From the NCBI GenBank assembly GCA_965247365.1, contig CBDFHB010000002.1, positions 2,002,567 through 2,066,566 of the forward strand: a stretch of 64,000 nt of DNA, given 5' to 3'. Within the stretch, counting starts at the first letter, position 1. Each line of letters opens with the position of its first letter. Positions 61,201 through 64,000 of the stretch are shown piece by piece. Under the pieces are notes generated by a model. It worked only from the letters and a program-made list of their open reading frames with translations, was not told the origin of the DNA and did no database searches. Made by a program: the position numbers and the translations under genes. The stretch comes from Candidatus Marinacidobacterales bacterium (GTDB lineage: Bacteria > Acidobacteriota > Vicinamibacteria > Marinacidobacterales > SMYC01).

Positions 61201-63051
61201 TTGAAACGACTCATCATCAAACACGGCGAGCGAGTCATTCGACACGAGCTTTCCGACCAGTCCGTGACCATCGGACGGGACCCGAGTTGCGACCTCTTTT
61301 TCAGCGACTCCCGACTCTCACGGCGGCATGCCCTCATCGAGCCCGGGGAGGGGGGAATGCGTTTCATCGATTTGGGAAGCCGCAACGGGAGCTTCGTCGA
61401 GTCGAAGAGGGTCGAGGAGTACAAATTGGTGCCGGGGTCCGAAGTCCGCTTCGGAGGTCTCCTACTGTCCTATGAGGATGACTCGCCACCGCCACCGCCC
61501 GCAGTGGAGCCGGACGACACGGCGACGATCCTATTGACTGCGCCTCCGAAACCATCCCCGGATGACTCGGCGACGATCATGCTGAAAGCGACTCCCGGGT
61601 CGCTGCCGCTCCAGACGCCCGAAGAGCCCGATGCGCCCGAAAAAGACGACGCGACGGTCATGCTTCCGGCACAGCTCGGCAAGCCGGCAACGGTCGCCGA
61701 GGCTGCACAAGACGACAAGACGATGATGCTCGTGCCGAAGCCCGAGACCAAGACGCCCGATGATACGGGAACGCTGTTGATGAAGCCGGAAGCCCCGGCT
61801 GCCGCCAGGGGCTCGTCGGACACGAGGATTCTCACGCCGCAAGATTTCGCGCCGCCGTCTCCGGAACGGCTACCAGCCGAGCCGCCACCGATCCCCGACG
61901 AGGACGTGGATGGCGGCGCCGCGGGATGGACGAGCTCTCTATCGTGGTCTGCGAAGTTTCTCCTGATCACCTCGAGCCTTGCGCTGCTCGTCTACTTCAT
62001 GTTGGCGATGCCCCTGGTGAGGACTCTGGGCAACGCCCTTCGGGAGGAGTCGCTTCGCCGCGGGCGCGTCATTCTCGAGCTCTTGACGGAAGCGAACGGA
62101 AGCATCGTCGGAGAGGGACGCTTGCGCGACCTCACTGTCGAGGGAGTGTTGCGTGAGGAGCGGGTAAAGGAAGCCATCTTGATCGACTTGGAGGGGAACG
62201 TACTGGCCCCCTCGAATCGGACCGACGAAGTTCTCGACTCGATCGAGGGCATCGGAGCGCCCATTGACGACATCCGTACGTTTTATCTCGGACGCCGCGG
62301 ATCCGATTACGTCCTCGTACAACCCCTCCTGCACCGGAGCCGACGTGTTGGAGTTGCGGTCGTCGTCTACGAAGTGGCGACCGCTTCGGCGAGTTGGGCG
62401 ACGGCGGTATTGTCTCTCGCGTTCGTCGTTCTGCTTCTCGGAATCGCCACGGCGCTCGTGGTGGGCCGGCGCATGACCCTCGAGCCACTTTCGAGCCTTC
62501 GGGACGACGTCGAAGCGATCGTCAAAGGCGACGCGGATTATCTGCCGGCACGGCAGGCCTTCACCGAGCTCTCGGAGGTGGCGAGGAGCGTCAATCGGCT
62601 CGTGGCACGCTCGTTCGAGCTCGCCGCTCAGCGGCCGGCTACCGCACCGCCTTCGAGACCGTCGCCTACCAAGTCGAGGTCTCGGGAGCCCTCGGTGCAG
62701 CCCATCGCCGGCGCTCCTGCCTCCGTATCCGGGGATCGAGTCGCTTCCGAGTCGATTCCGGATGCTCGTCAGCAAGCGGGGTCGGCCGAAGGCGCGCGGT
62801 TCTGGGTCGACGAGAATTTCGTCGTGATCCGTGCCGAAGACGAGGCCGCGGGGCTGGTCGGTGCGTCGGCTTCCGCGATGGAGGGTAGCCACCTGATCGA
62901 AGCGGTCGCGGACCAGAAGCTTCTAGAGGTCATTCTCGATGCCATCAATGCGCTCGGAGACGCCGCCACGGCGGACGCCGAGACCGAGCACGTGAAGGTC
63001 ACGGCGGCGAGGGAGCAGGATGCGATCGTTGTCGGGCTGCGGAAGCTGTGA
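61201..63051 (+). CDS. FHA-domain membrane protein with five DDxT(I/V/M)(M/L)L repeat modules and a periplasmic/HAMP-like C-terminal region
   Basis: FHA motif SVTIGRDPSCDLFFSDSRLSRRHALIE...FIDLGSRNGSFV. Repeats DDTATILL, DDSATIML, DDATVML, DDKTMML, DDTGTLLM. TM helix LLITSSLALLVYFMLAMPLV. A second TM helix lies near aa 400. Confidence 0.65.
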   Translation: MKRLIIKHGERVIRHELSDQSVTIGRDPSCDLFFSDSRLSRRHALIEPGEGGMRFIDLGSRNGSFVESKRVEEYKLVPGSEVRFGGLLLSYEDDSPPPPPAVEPDDTATILLTAPPKPSPDDSATIMLKATPGSLPLQTPEEPDAPEKDDATVMLPAQLGKPATVAEAAQDDKTMMLVPKPETKTPDDTGTLLMKPEAPAAARGSSDTRILTPQDFAPPSPERLPAEPPPIPDEDVDGGAAGWTSSLSWSAKFLLITSSLALLVYFMLAMPLVRTLGNALREESLRRGRVILELLTEANGSIVGEGRLRDLTVEGVLREERVKEAILIDLEGNVLAPSNRTDEVLDSIEGIGAPIDDIRTFYLGRRGSDYVLVQPLLHRSRRVGVAVVVYEVATASASWATAVLSLAFVVLLLGIATALVVGRRMTLEPLSSLRDDVEAIVKGDADYLPARQAFTELSEVARSVNRLVARSFELAAQRPATAPPSRPSPTKSRSREPSVQPIAGAPASVSGDRVASESIPDARQQAGSAEGARFWVDENFVVIRAEDEAAGLVGASASAMEGSHLIEAVADQKLLEVILDAINALGDAATADAETEHVKVTAAREQDAIVVGLRKL

Positions 63052-63121
63052 TAAATTTTAACTTTAGAGCACTGTCGCTCCACCCCCCTCAATAAATTCG
63101 GGCCTCGAGCCCCAAGAGCCC

Positions 63122-64000
63122 ATGAAGCCCAAGACGAAGGACAGGACAGTTCGGGCGTTGGATGTACCGCGGCTCGTGGTGCAGCTTCCCGACGGCAAGG
63201 AAATCCACCATCACGTAGTCGGAAGCGAGCTCACGATCGGTCGGGACGCGACGAACCGCATCTCAATTCCCGATCACTTCGTGAGCAAGTTTCACGCCAA
63301 GCTTCTCGTCTCCCAAACGAGCATGACGCTAGTGGATCTCGAAAGCGCCAACAAGACCTATGTGAATGGACGCCAGATCCAGGAGTCCCCCGTGCGTTTC
63401 GGGGACGAGCTACGCTTCGCGGGCGTGACCTGCCGTCTCGATGCCCCGGCGATCCAAGAGAAGAAACCAGCTGAAGCCGCGGCGGTCACGCCCTCTCCGC
63501 CGCCTGCCGCCAAAGGGCCGCCGCCTGCCGCCAAGGTGCCGCCCGTTTCGCCGAGGCCACAACGGCAGCCGTCGGCCCCAAAGCCCAAGACCCCCGTAGC
63601 CGCGGGGCAGGCCCGCTCGACTCCGCCCAAAGTGGAAGCCGATCCCATGCGACGCTTGTTCGTTGTCGGAGGGCTCCTGATCGCGATATCCCTCGTGCTC
63701 GCGATCTTCTTGCGGATTTTGCTCGTTCCTTCCGAGACGACGGAGGAGGGGGGCGGAGAGTCGAGCACGAGCGCATCGGCACCGGTGGTGAGCCCGCCGT
63801 CTGCGCCCATCGCTCGTGAAGCCCCCGTGCCTGCGCCGGCGACAACCTCCTCAGTCGCGTCCGTTCAGAGCGCGGATGGGCGGGACGGCGAGTTCTACTT
63901 CGACGAGGCGCTCGCTCATCTCGACACCGGACGCCTCAAGGAGGCGCAAAGGAGCTTCGAGAGGGTACTGGAGCTCGACCCCGATCACGCGCGCGCGCGT
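63122..64000 (+). CDS. Second FHA-domain membrane protein (3'-partial, runs off the window end) with a P/A-rich linker, TM helix and TPR-like C-terminus
   Basis: Not in the supplied ORF track (no stop before the window end). ELTIGRDATNRISIPDHFVSKFHAKLL...LVDLESANKTYVNG is FHA. TM helix LFVVGGLLIAISLVLAIFL. C-terminus ...EAQRSFERVLELDPDHA (TPR). Confidence 0.6.
   Translation, partial: MKPKTKDRTVRALDVPRLVVQLPDGKEIHHHVVGSELTIGRDATNRISIPDHFVSKFHAKLLVSQTSMTLVDLESANKTYVNGRQIQESPVRFGDELRFAGVTCRLDAPAIQEKKPAEAAAVTPSPPPAAKGPPPAAKVPPVSPRPQRQPSAPKPKTPVAAGQARSTPPKVEADPMRRLFVVGGLLIAISLVLAIFLRILLVPSETTEEGGGESSTSASAPVVSPPSAPIAREAPVPAPATTSSVASVQSADGRDGEFYFDEALAHLDTGRLKEAQRSFERVLELDPDHARAR

Overview
This is a high-GC (~63-66%) bacterial chromosomal segment. 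Gene content (PEP-CTERM protein, TolB-like PD40 propeller, sortilin/BNR proteins, secreted amidohydrolases, Tad pilus) suggests a soil Gram-negative, possibly Acidobacteriota-like. Layout: (1) 1-10 kb: two sortilin/BNR-type paralogs, one of them clearly low-GC (~45%, likely horizontally acquired); a SEC-C/TolB-like protein; a secreted amidohydrolase gene pair; a Ser/Thr kinase pseudogene. (2) 10-35 kb: an IS-rich accessory region. It holds three near-identical copies of a 1715-bp two-ORF IS3-like element (one carries a head-to-tail partial copy, one sits inside an OMP gene with a reconstructable target ORF, one sits inside an IS256-like fragment at a deletion junction). It also holds an intact IS256-family element nested in a 5'-truncated IS481-like transposase gene, an IS66-family pseudogene, and a remnant of an integrative/satellite-like element (two AlpA-like HTH genes, a RepA-like AAA ATPase, and a cluster of GTTCCAA/TTGGAAC iteron-like repeats). 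Other genes here: a GAF-Lon C-terminal chimera, an FHA-DUF4388 gene broken by a 25-bp tandem duplication, a PilZ protein, a thermonuclease, methyltransferases. (3) 35-52 kb: SSS transporter, Tat-secreted GH32, OMP, HExxH lipoprotein, frameshifted VOC and PilT-like genes, PEP-CTERM protein, DUF4126, RecQ (frameshifted), a methyltransferase and a large membrane protein. A ~85-bp interspersed repeat ending in a tRNA-like T-arm/ACCA occurs four times. (4) 52-64 kb: a Tad/Flp pilus locus with four Flp-like pilins, TadE/TadG pseudopilins, CpaB, the CpaC secretin, an apparent TadZ-TadA single-ORF fusion, TadB, TadC and two FHA-domain membrane proteins. No prepilin peptidase is visible. At least four genes carry homopolymer-associated frameshifts; this pattern points to assembly indel errors, though genuine pseudogenisation cannot be excluded from sequence alone.
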